The position numbers were made by a program, and so were the translations under genes. From contig OZ243916.1 of assembly GCA_965213675.1 (NCBI GenBank), positions 960,001 to 1,024,000 on the forward strand: a stretch of 64,000 nucleotides of DNA, read 5' to 3'. This stretch comes from an uncultured Candidatus Binatia bacterium. Lineage in GTDB: Bacteria > Desulfobacterota > Binatia > UBA9968 > JAJDTQ01. Each line of letters begins with the position of its first letter. The stretch's first letter is position 1. A model generated the notes under the pieces. It was not told the DNA's origin, did not search any database, and worked only from the letters and a program-made list of their open reading frames with translations. This document shows positions 56,612-64,000 of this stretch, piece after piece.

Positions 56612-59212
56612 TCAGCCCTCCCTTTTGACCTCCGCCACGAGGCCGTCCAACACGCTCAGCGCCTCCAGCGGCGTGAGCGCGTTCACGTCGATGTGCCGGA
56701 GTTTCTCCCGCAGCCGTCCTTCACTCTTGCGCGGCTCGTACAACGATAGCTGGGCACCCTTCGGCGTCGCATCGTCCCCGGCCAGCCGCGGCTGTCCCCA
56801 GGCGTTCAGCTCCTCGCCCTCGAGGTTCTTCAGAATCTCCTTGGCGCGCGCGATGAGAGAACCCGGCAGCCCCGCCAGACCGGCCACCTGGATGCCGTAA
56901 CTGCGGCTTGCGGGTCCCTCCTTCAAGGTGCGGAGAAAGATCACGTCCCCCTGCCATTCCTTGACCGCGAAGTTGAAGTTCTTCACGCGCTCGCGGGTGC
57001 GCGCCAGACCGGTCAACTCATGGTAGTGGGTGGCGAACAGCGTGCGCGGCCGCTGCGGCGATTCGTGCAGGAACTCGGCCAGCGACCAAGCGATGGAAAT
57101 GCCGTCGAAGGTGCTGGTGCCGCGTCCCACCTCGTCCAGCAGGATCAGGCTCCGGGGTGTGGCCAGGCGCAGGATGCGCGCGGTCTCCTTCATCTCCACC
57201 ATGAACGTGGACTCGCCCGACGACAGCGCGTCGGTGGCGCCGAAACGGGTGAACAGACGGTCCACGAGGCCCACGTGGGCCGCGTCCGCGGGCACGAAGC
57301 TGCCCATCTGCGCCAGGATCACCACCAGCGCCACCTGCCGCATGTAGGTGGACTTGCCCGCCATGTTGGGACCGGTGAGGAGCTTGATCTGTGTGCTCTC
57401 GGCGTCCATGTCGCAGTCGTTGGGGACGAAGCCGCCGCGCCCCAGCACCGCCTCCACCACGGGATGGCGCGCGGCGCGCAGCGACAGCCGCATGCTGGAA
57501 TCCACCCGCGGCCGCACGAAGTGTTCCCGCACGGCGGTCTCGGCCAGCGCTGCCAGGGTATCCAGGCGCGCCAGCGCCAGACTGGTCTGCCTGAGGACCG
57601 TGTAGTGCGCCGCGACGCGCTCCACAAGTTCCTGGAGAATCCGCCCCTCGATCTTGAGGATCTCTTCTTCGGAACCGAGCACCCGGGCCTCGCAGTCCTT
57701 GAGTTCCGGCGTGATGAAGCGCTCGCCGTTGGCCAGGGTCTGCTTGCGGATGTAGTTGTCCGGCACATGCGCCAGGTTGGCCTTGGTGACCTCGATGTAG
57801 TAGCCGAAGACCTTGTTGTAGCGCACCTTGAGGGACTGGACGCCGGTACGCCGGCGTTCCTGGTGTTGCAGTTCGGCAATCCATCCCTTGGCATTGCCGC
57901 GAATGGCCGTGAGGGAGTCCAGTTCGGAGTCGAATCCCGGACGCACGTAACCACCGCCGCGCGCCATGGCCGGCGGCTCGTCCACCAGCGCCCGTTGCAA
58001 CAGGTCCATCACCTCCGGCATGGGGTGAAGTTGACCCCGGAGTTCGGCCAACAATTCGCTGGCGCACCCGTGGAGCGAGTCGCGCACGCTGTCCAGGGCG
58101 CCCAGCGTGTCCTTGACCGCGGCGAGATCCCTCGGCCCGGCCGTGCGCGCGGCGACGCGGCCGGAAAGCCGCTCCAGATCCTGAACGCCGCGCAGCGCAT
58201 CGCGCAGGCGGGCGCGCCGGTCCGCACCCTCCCACAACTCCTCCACAGCGTCCTGGCGGCGCCGGATGCCGCGCTCGTCGAGCAACGGATAGAGGATCCA
58301 CTTGCGCAACTCGCGCGCGCCCATGGCCGTGCGCGTGGGCTCCAGCACACCCAGCAGCGAACCCCGGCGGCTTCCGTCAAAGCTCCGCAGCAGCTCGAGG
58401 TTGGCCTGTGCGTACTCGTCGAGCATGAGGAATTGCGCGGCGCGGTACGGCTCCAGCACGGTGAGCACCGGCACCGAGCCGGGCGAGCGATCTTCCAGAT
58501 AGGCACGCAGGGCCGCCGCGGCGCTTACGCCCAGGGGCCATTCGGCGGGCGGCCCGCCGTACAGGCCGGCGCCTTCCAGCCTGCGGACCGCGGCGCTGCC
58601 GAACCACTCGTCCGGGCCCGGCGTGCAGTGCACCCCGGCGTAGTCCTCGGTCAAGCGCCGGTGCGCATCGGCGCCGGTCTCCGGGATCAGCAGCTCGCGT
58701 GGCTGGATGCGTCCGAGCTCGTTGGCGAGGGCCGCATAACCCGTGATCTGCGTGAAGCGGAACTCGCCGGTGGTGATGTCGGTCAGGGCCAGGCCGTATT
58801 CGCCGCGGGAGGCCGTCACCGCCACGAGGTAGTTATTGACCCCGGCGTCGAGGCCCTCGCCTTCCGTGAGCGTACCGGGGCTGACGACCTTGATCACCTC
58901 CCGGCGCACCACCCCCTTGGCGAGCTTCGGGTCCTCGGTCTGTTCGCACACCGCCACCTTGAAGCCCGCGGACAGGAGCTTGCCGATGTAGGGCGTGGCG
59001 GCATGGTGCGGCACGCCGCACAACGGCACCGGCGCGCCGTCGCTGCGGTTGCGGCTGGTGAGCGCGATGTCCAGGACCTTGGACGCCTTCTCCGCATCCT
59101 CGAAGAACATCTCGTAGAAGTCCCCGAGCCGGAAGAACAGGATGGCGTCCTGGTGACGCTCCTTGATCTCCAGGTACTGATGCATCATGGGCGTGAGCCG
59201 TGTCCGGTCCAT
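56612..59212 (-). CDS. mutS: DNA mismatch repair protein MutS
   Basis: TPMMHQY, FRLGDFYEMF, TGPNMAGKSTYMRQ, STFMVEM, DEVGRGTST, FATHYHEL, SYGIQVA. Confidence 0.98.
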   Translation of the reverse strand: MDRTRLTPMMHQYLEIKERHQDAILFFRLGDFYEMFFEDAEKASKVLDIALTSRNRSDGAPVPLCGVPHHAATPYIGKLLSAGFKVAVCEQTEDPKLAKGVVRREVIKVVSPGTLTEGEGLDAGVNNYLVAVTASRGEYGLALTDITTGEFRFTQITGYAALANELGRIQPRELLIPETGADAHRRLTEDYAGVHCTPGPDEWFGSAAVRRLEGAGLYGGPPAEWPLGVSAAAALRAYLEDRSPGSVPVLTVLEPYRAAQFLMLDEYAQANLELLRSFDGSRRGSLLGVLEPTRTAMGARELRKWILYPLLDERGIRRRQDAVEELWEGADRRARLRDALRGVQDLERLSGRVAARTAGPRDLAAVKDTLGALDSVRDSLHGCASELLAELRGQLHPMPEVMDLLQRALVDEPPAMARGGGYVRPGFDSELDSLTAIRGNAKGWIAELQHQERRRTGVQSLKVRYNKVFGYYIEVTKANLAHVPDNYIRKQTLANGERFITPELKDCEARVLGSEEEILKIEGRILQELVERVAAHYTVLRQTSLALARLDTLAALAETAVREHFVRPRVDSSMRLSLRAARHPVVEAVLGRGGFVPNDCDMDAESTQIKLLTGPNMAGKSTYMRQVALVVILAQMGSFVPADAAHVGLVDRLFTRFGATDALSSGESTFMVEMKETARILRLATPRSLILLDEVGRGTSTFDGISIAWSLAEFLHESPQRPRTLFATHYHELTGLARTRERVKNFNFAVKEWQGDVIFLRTLKEGPASRSYGIQVAGLAGLPGSLIARAKEILKNLEGEELNAWGQPRLAGDDATPKGAQLSLYEPRKSEGRLREKLRHIDVNALTPLEALSVLDGLVAEVKREG

Positions 59213-59317
59213 CAGCGTATCCCAAGCGGCCGGGCCCGAACCCAACGGCAGCCGCCAGAGCCCGCTCCCGCAAGGGGCGGCAGGCCCGCGGACCGCCGTC
59301 TTGGACGCACGATGAAA

Positions 59318-60913
59318 CTACACCTTGCGCCGCTGGCCCAGCAGGTAGTCTACCAGAAGGTATTGTCCCAGACGATCAGGACGGGTAAAGAAAGCCCGGC
59401 CCTTGTTGAGGCGGGTCATTTCGTCCACGAAGCCCTTGAGCACCGGGCTGTCGTCGAGCATGAAGGTGTTGATGGTGATGCCCCGCTGGGTGACTCGCCT
59501 GGCCTCCTTGAGGGTCTCCTCGGCGGCGCGCTGGCTGATGCCGCCGAAGCTGAGAGGCCACTCGCAATAGAGCCGTCCCTGGCGGCAGTAGGCGGTGGGC
59601 TGGCCGTCGGTGATGACGATGATCTGTTGATTCCGGGTGGAGCTGCGCTTCTTGAGCAGATCAATGGCGAGATGGAGCCCGTCCTGGAGATTGGTGAACG
59701 GATCGCCCATGTTCCACGTGGCTTCCGGCAAGTCCTTGGCCTTGAGTTCCACCGCGCGCGTGAAAAAGCCGACGATGCCGAAGTAGTCCTGGGGATATTT
59801 GGAGCGGCACAGGGATTCCATGGCCAAGGCCACCTTCTTGGCGGCGGCGAAGCGGCCGTCCCAACTCATGGACCAGCTCATGTCCAGCAGCAGCACGGTG
59901 GCCGCGCGGGTGGAGTACTCCGATTCGAGCACCCGGAAGTCCGCCGGGTCGAGGCGGAGCGGCAGCGTCGCGTCCCGGCGCAGGGTGCTCTTCAGGGTCT
60001 CCAACAGGTTCAGGTTGAGCGGGTCGCCGGACACGTACGGTTTGCTCGATTCCGGCACGGGCTCCTGCGAGCCGTGCCGGGCGATCTGGTGCCGTCCGGC
60101 GGCGTCTCGCGCGAGCTGCTGGTAGATGTCGCGCAGCGCGATCTGACCGATGCGCCGAACGCCGCGCGGCGTCAGGTCAAAGTGGTCGCCCTTGTCGACC
60201 ACATAGCCGCCGTCTTCAAGCGCCGACTCCAGACGCATGACCCCTTCGTAATCCTCCTGAGCCTGCGGGCCGAGGAGGCTGTTCAGCAAGTCCAGGTCCA
60301 CGTCCTTGGGGCGACTGCTGGAAAGCTGGCCCTCCAGCTTCTGCAACCCCTCCATCCGCTCCTGCAACTCCGAGGCCTCCTCGAAATTCAACGATTCCTG
60401 CCCCCTGAACAGGTTTCCTTCACGCCGAATATAGTTTTCCAGCCGGCGGATCTTGTCCAGTTGGGAGAGTATCTCCTCGAAGTCCTTGCGCGCCTCCGCG
60501 TTCTCGAAACTGTAGCCCGCGAGCCGCTCGATGGCGTCGCTCAGCTTGGGCGGCAAATGCTGCAGGAAATCGTCCTTCTGCTTCGCCTCGGCCCGGTCCT
60601 CCTGCTCCTTCAGGGTCTGGCGTTCCCGGTTGACAATGTCCTGAAGCATCTCCTGGACTTCGTCCAGAGCCGAACGAATCTGATACTGCTCGTACATGCG
60701 GCGCTTTTCGCGCGCCACTTGCGACAACAGGTCGTCGAGCCCCGTGGTGCGCTCCTCGTCTTCGCCCATGCCGCGCTGCATCAGCCGGCGCATGGACTGC
60801 TGCAGGTCGCCGGTCTCGTCGAGATGTTCGTTGAGCTGGTCGAAGACGTCGTCCGGCCGCACCGACCGGTCCTGGGAACCGTGCCAGCGGCTGTAGCGGG
60901 CGTGGTGGATCAT
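59318..60913 (-). CDS. VWA domain-containing protein
   Basis: RYSRW N-terminus, coiled region, MIDAS LLLDMSWSM, TNLQDGL, ITDGQPTA. Confidence 0.88.
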   Translation of the reverse strand: MIHHARYSRWHGSQDRSVRPDDVFDQLNEHLDETGDLQQSMRRLMQRGMGEDEERTTGLDDLLSQVAREKRRMYEQYQIRSALDEVQEMLQDIVNRERQTLKEQEDRAEAKQKDDFLQHLPPKLSDAIERLAGYSFENAEARKDFEEILSQLDKIRRLENYIRREGNLFRGQESLNFEEASELQERMEGLQKLEGQLSSSRPKDVDLDLLNSLLGPQAQEDYEGVMRLESALEDGGYVVDKGDHFDLTPRGVRRIGQIALRDIYQQLARDAAGRHQIARHGSQEPVPESSKPYVSGDPLNLNLLETLKSTLRRDATLPLRLDPADFRVLESEYSTRAATVLLLDMSWSMSWDGRFAAAKKVALAMESLCRSKYPQDYFGIVGFFTRAVELKAKDLPEATWNMGDPFTNLQDGLHLAIDLLKKRSSTRNQQIIVITDGQPTAYCRQGRLYCEWPLSFGGISQRAAEETLKEARRVTQRGITINTFMLDDSPVLKGFVDEMTRLNKGRAFFTRPDRLGQYLLVDYLLGQRRKV

Positions 60914-60935
60914 CGTACGTGAACCGCGGCCGTCA

Positions 60936-62333
60936 TCACTTGCCGTACTTGATGCGGCCTCCCGCGGCTTCCTTGTTGAGCTTCTGGTGCAGGTGCAGGC
61001 CCTCCAGCACCAGCTCCGTGGCCGAGGCCAGCAGCCCGGGCGAATCGAACTCGCCCAGCGAGCGGATGGCCTCCTCCAGTCCGGGAATCGCCTGGATGCC
61101 CTCAAGGTAGTCCTCGGAGCGCATCTCGTCCGAGACCTCGACGCCCCAGCCCGAGTTGAAGTATTCGATGACCTCCTGGAGCGCGCTGGCGTCGAAGCGG
61201 CTGTCGAAGGTCTTGAGAATGGCCCGGTTGAGCAACCGCTCAATCAGTTCCTCCTCGTTCTTCTCCTCACCCACGTACTCCACCTCGATCTTGCCGCAGG
61301 TGGAGGGAAGCACCGCGTGGAGGTCGCTGACCCGCGGCACGATGGTGCTCTCGCCCACCCGCAGGGCGCGCTTCTCGGCGTTGCTCACCATGCTCTCGTA
61401 GTTGTTGATGCTGACGCGCACGCTCACGCCCGAGGACTGGTTGATCTCGCTGGAGTTGCGCGCTTCGAAGGTGAGGTGGGCCAGGACCTCCTTCATGAAA
61501 TCCGGAATGATCGCCTGATGGCTGCGGCCGTCCAGGGAGGCCGACTCCTGCTCCATGATGTCGATCTCGTGCTCCACCTGGCGTGGATAGTGGGTGCGGA
61601 TCTGGACGTCGAAGCGATCCTTGAGGGGCGTGATGATGCGCCCCCGGCTGGTGTAGTCCTCGGGGTTGGCGCTGGCGACGATGACCACGTCCAGGGGCAA
61701 GCGGATCTTGTAGCCCTTGATCTGGACGTCCTTCTCCTCCATGAGGTTGAAAAGGCCCACCTGGACCTTCTCGGTCAGGTCGGGCAACTCGTTCACGGCG
61801 AAGACGCCCCGGTTCGTACGCGGCACCAGACCGTAGTGGATGGTCTCCTCGTCGGCCAGGTAACGTCCTTCCGCCACCTTGATGGGATCGATCTCGCCGA
61901 TGAGATCGGCGATGGACACGTCCGGCGTGGCCAGTTTCTCGCCGTAACGGTGCTCCCGGCCAACCCACTCCACCTCCAGGTCGTCGCCATGCTCCTCCAG
62001 GCGTCGCCGGCACTGCGCGCAGATCACCCGAAACGGGTCGCAGTTGATCTGACAGTCCTTGACCCGGGGAATCCTCTCGTCCAGCAACTGCGTCAGGCCA
62101 CGGATGATGCGAGACTTGGCCTGGCCCCGTTCCCCGAGAAACACCATGTGGTGACCTGACAGGATCGCGTTTTCGATCTCCGGAATGACCGTCTCTTCAT
62201 AACCCACGATACCCGGAAGGAGCCGCTGCCCCGACTGGAGAAGCTCCATGAGATTGTGGCGCATCTCGTCGCGCACCGTGCGCACGGGAATGCCGCTGCG
62301 CTTCAATTCGCCGAGGGTCTTGATGGAATCCAC
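60936..62333 (-). CDS. AAA+ ATPase (magnesium chelatase-like / MoxR-related)
   Basis: GERGQAKSR P-loop variant, EKLATPD, IGEIDPIK, NELPDL, ANPEDYT.RGRIITPLKDR; GTG start with GGAGG RBS. Confidence 0.85.
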   Translation of the reverse strand: MDSIKTLGELKRSGIPVRTVRDEMRHNLMELLQSGQRLLPGIVGYEETVIPEIENAILSGHHMVFLGERGQAKSRIIRGLTQLLDERIPRVKDCQINCDPFRVICAQCRRRLEEHGDDLEVEWVGREHRYGEKLATPDVSIADLIGEIDPIKVAEGRYLADEETIHYGLVPRTNRGVFAVNELPDLTEKVQVGLFNLMEEKDVQIKGYKIRLPLDVVIVASANPEDYTSRGRIITPLKDRFDVQIRTHYPRQVEHEIDIMEQESASLDGRSHQAIIPDFMKEVLAHLTFEARNSSEINQSSGVSVRVSINNYESMVSNAEKRALRVGESTIVPRVSDLHAVLPSTCGKIEVEYVGEEKNEEELIERLLNRAILKTFDSRFDASALQEVIEYFNSGWGVEVSDEMRSEDYLEGIQAIPGLEEAIRSLGEFDSPGLLASATELVLEGLHLHQKLNKEAAGGRIKYGK

Positions 62334-62397
62334 TCCGTTACCTCCTGCCATTCCGTAGGTCCTGTTGTTCGTTTCCCGTGCGCGGGCCGAACTCCCG

Positions 62398-62562
62398 CTA
62401 GTGTCGTGTTCCGTAAATTCCTGCGACAAGTTGCGCTGAAATTCTTGTTGCCGGCAAGGCGCGATGACGAGCAGTGGCGGGCACCACGCGAGGAAGAGCC
62501 ACGGAGCCGATGGCGAAACAGGCCCGCAAATTATCGCAGTAATTTTCGGGACACGACACTAG
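62398..62562 (+). mobile_element. MITE-like hairpin repeat, copy 4 (arm type B)
   Basis: CTAG-TGTCGTGTTCCGTAAATT...AATTTTCGGGACACGACA-CTAG; right CTAG contains the IHF gene stop codon. Confidence 0.85.
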
Positions 62563-62861
62563 TCCGCGCTCTCGACGTCGACGCCCTGGTTGACCCGCAG
62601 GCGCAACTCCTTGCCGACCTTGAAGAAGGGCACCCTCTTGGACGACACGGAGACGAGGTCCCCGGTCTTCGGGTTGCGGCCGTCCCGGGCCCGGCGGTGT
62701 TTTACGACGAAGCTGCCGAAACCGCGGATTTCGATCCTCTCCTCGCGTTGCAGGGCAGTGATGAGAGAGTCGAAGACGGTGTTGACGATCACTTCCGCAT
62801 CGAAACGGGACAGGTGAGGAAACCTCTCATTGATTTCCTCGATGAGGTCGCGCTTGGTCAT
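62559..62861 (-). CDS. ihfB: integration host factor subunit beta
   Basis: MTKRDLI, RIEIRGFGSF, GRNPKTG, VPFFKVGKELR; follows rpsA. Confidence 0.92.
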   Translation of the reverse strand: MTKRDLIEEINERFPHLSRFDAEVIVNTVFDSLITALQREERIEIRGFGSFVVKHRRARDGRNPKTGDLVSVSSKRVPFFKVGKELRLRVNQGVDVESAD

Positions 62862-62890
62862 GCAGTGCCCCGACGCCCGTTCCGCGAAGC

Positions 62891-64000
62891 CTACCGCTTG
62901 TTCCGCTCCCGCCCGCGCCCGCCGCGGCCTTCGCGATCCAGCTTCAACTCCTCGTTCAGGATGGTCTCGAACGAGAACCGGCCGGCCTCCTTCTCGCGTT
63001 GCAGGTAACTTTCGAGTTCTTCCCGCTCTTCGGAGCGCTTGAGGGCACGGATGCTGAGACCGATCTTGTGCTCCTGCACGTCGATGTTGACCACCTCGGC
63101 CTCCACCGAGTCCCCCACCTGACAGAGGCTGGAAGGCTTCTCCACATGCTCGGTGCTGAGTTGCGAGACGTGGATCAACCCCTCCACCCCCTCGGCGATG
63201 CGCACGAAGACGCCGAAGTCGAGCACCCGGACGATTTCGCCATTAACCCGCGATCCCACGGGGTGTTCCTGGACCACACGCTCCCACGGATCCAGGGTCA
63301 ACTGCTTCACGCCCAGCGAGAACCGTTCGACCTGTGGATCGACGCCAAGCACCTTGGCTTCCACGATGTCGCCCTTCTTGTAGAGCTCCGAGGGATGCTT
63401 GATCTTCTTGGTCCAGTCGAGGTCGGAGATATGGATCAATCCGTCGATGCCCTCTTCCACACCCACGAACACGCCGAAGTCGGTGATGTTCCGCACCGGC
63501 CCCTGTATCACGCTGCCCTCGGGATACTTCTCCTTGGCCAGGAACCACGGGTTGGGCAACACCTGGCGCAGGCCCAGCGAGATGCGCCGCCGTCCCGGGT
63601 CCACGTTAAGCACCATGGCCTCCACGGTCTCACCCGCCTGAACCACCTTGGAGGGGTGCGACAGTTTCTTGGCCCAGGACATCTCCGATACGTGGATGAG
63701 ACCCTCGACCCCTTTCTCCAACTCGACGAAGGCGCCGTAGTCCGTCAGGCCCACCACCTTGCCGGTGACCTTCGAGTCCACGGGGTACTTGTCCGTCACC
63801 GCTTCCCACGGGTCGGGAGTGATCTGCTTCATCCCCAGGGAGATCCGCTCACGCTCCTTGTCGAACTTGAGCACCACGACCCGTAGGGTTTCCCCGATGC
63901 TGAGCAGGTCGCTGGGGTGGTTGACGCGGCCCCAGGACATGTCCGTGATGTGCAGGATCCCGTCGATGCCGCCCACGTCCACGAACGCGCCGTAGTCCGT
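62891..64000 (-). CDS. rpsA: 30S ribosomal protein S1 (5' part outside window)
   Basis: Tandem S1 domains: DGILHITDMSW, EGLIHVSEMSW, DGLIHISDL, EGLIHVSQL. Confidence 0.97.
   Translation of the reverse strand, partial: TDYGAFVDVGGIDGILHITDMSWGRVNHPSDLLSIGETLRVVVLKFDKERERISLGMKQITPDPWEAVTDKYPVDSKVTGKVVGLTDYGAFVELEKGVEGLIHVSEMSWAKKLSHPSKVVQAGETVEAMVLNVDPGRRRISLGLRQVLPNPWFLAKEKYPEGSVIQGPVRNITDFGVFVGVEEGIDGLIHISDLDWTKKIKHPSELYKKGDIVEAKVLGVDPQVERFSLGVKQLTLDPWERVVQEHPVGSRVNGEIVRVLDFGVFVRIAEGVEGLIHVSQLSTEHVEKPSSLCQVGDSVEAEVVNIDVQEHKIGLSIRALKRSEEREELESYLQREKEAGRFSFETILNEELKLDREGRGGRGRERNKR

Overview
GC-rich bacterial chromosomal window with about 60 CDS and no prophage, transposase or CRISPR array. 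Gene content (carD-ispD, DUF1844-degQ-mrcB, scpAB-trpS, xerD-glnD-amidase-mutS) suggests a deltaproteobacterium-like organism; this is inference. Most of the window is housekeeping. RNA genes are tRNA-Glu(TTC), tRNA-Cys(GCA), tRNA-Ser(CGA) and the small SRP RNA. A roughly 14 kb catabolic block (22.5-36.6 kb) encodes amidohydrolases, a UbiD decarboxylase, two molybdenum hydroxylase large subunits and a COG0523 GTPase fusion. Main observations: (1) an AhpE-like peroxiredoxin, truncated in the ORF track, whose catalytic Cys codon is an in-frame TGA followed by a SECIS-like hairpin, making it a probable selenoprotein; it lies one gene from a PhnD-like ABC transporter resembling the 'putative selenate' clade. 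(2) A ~165-bp non-coding hairpin element, present as 4 full copies plus 1 degenerate copy, with CTRG direct repeats at its ends, co-varying arms and strand-specific G.U pairs. (3) A 2[4Fe-4S] ferredoxin fused to a membrane domain and a possible Hsp20-like domain. (4) A COG0523 GTPase with an extra Cys-rich C-terminal domain. All product calls come from motif recognition by eye; no database searches were run.
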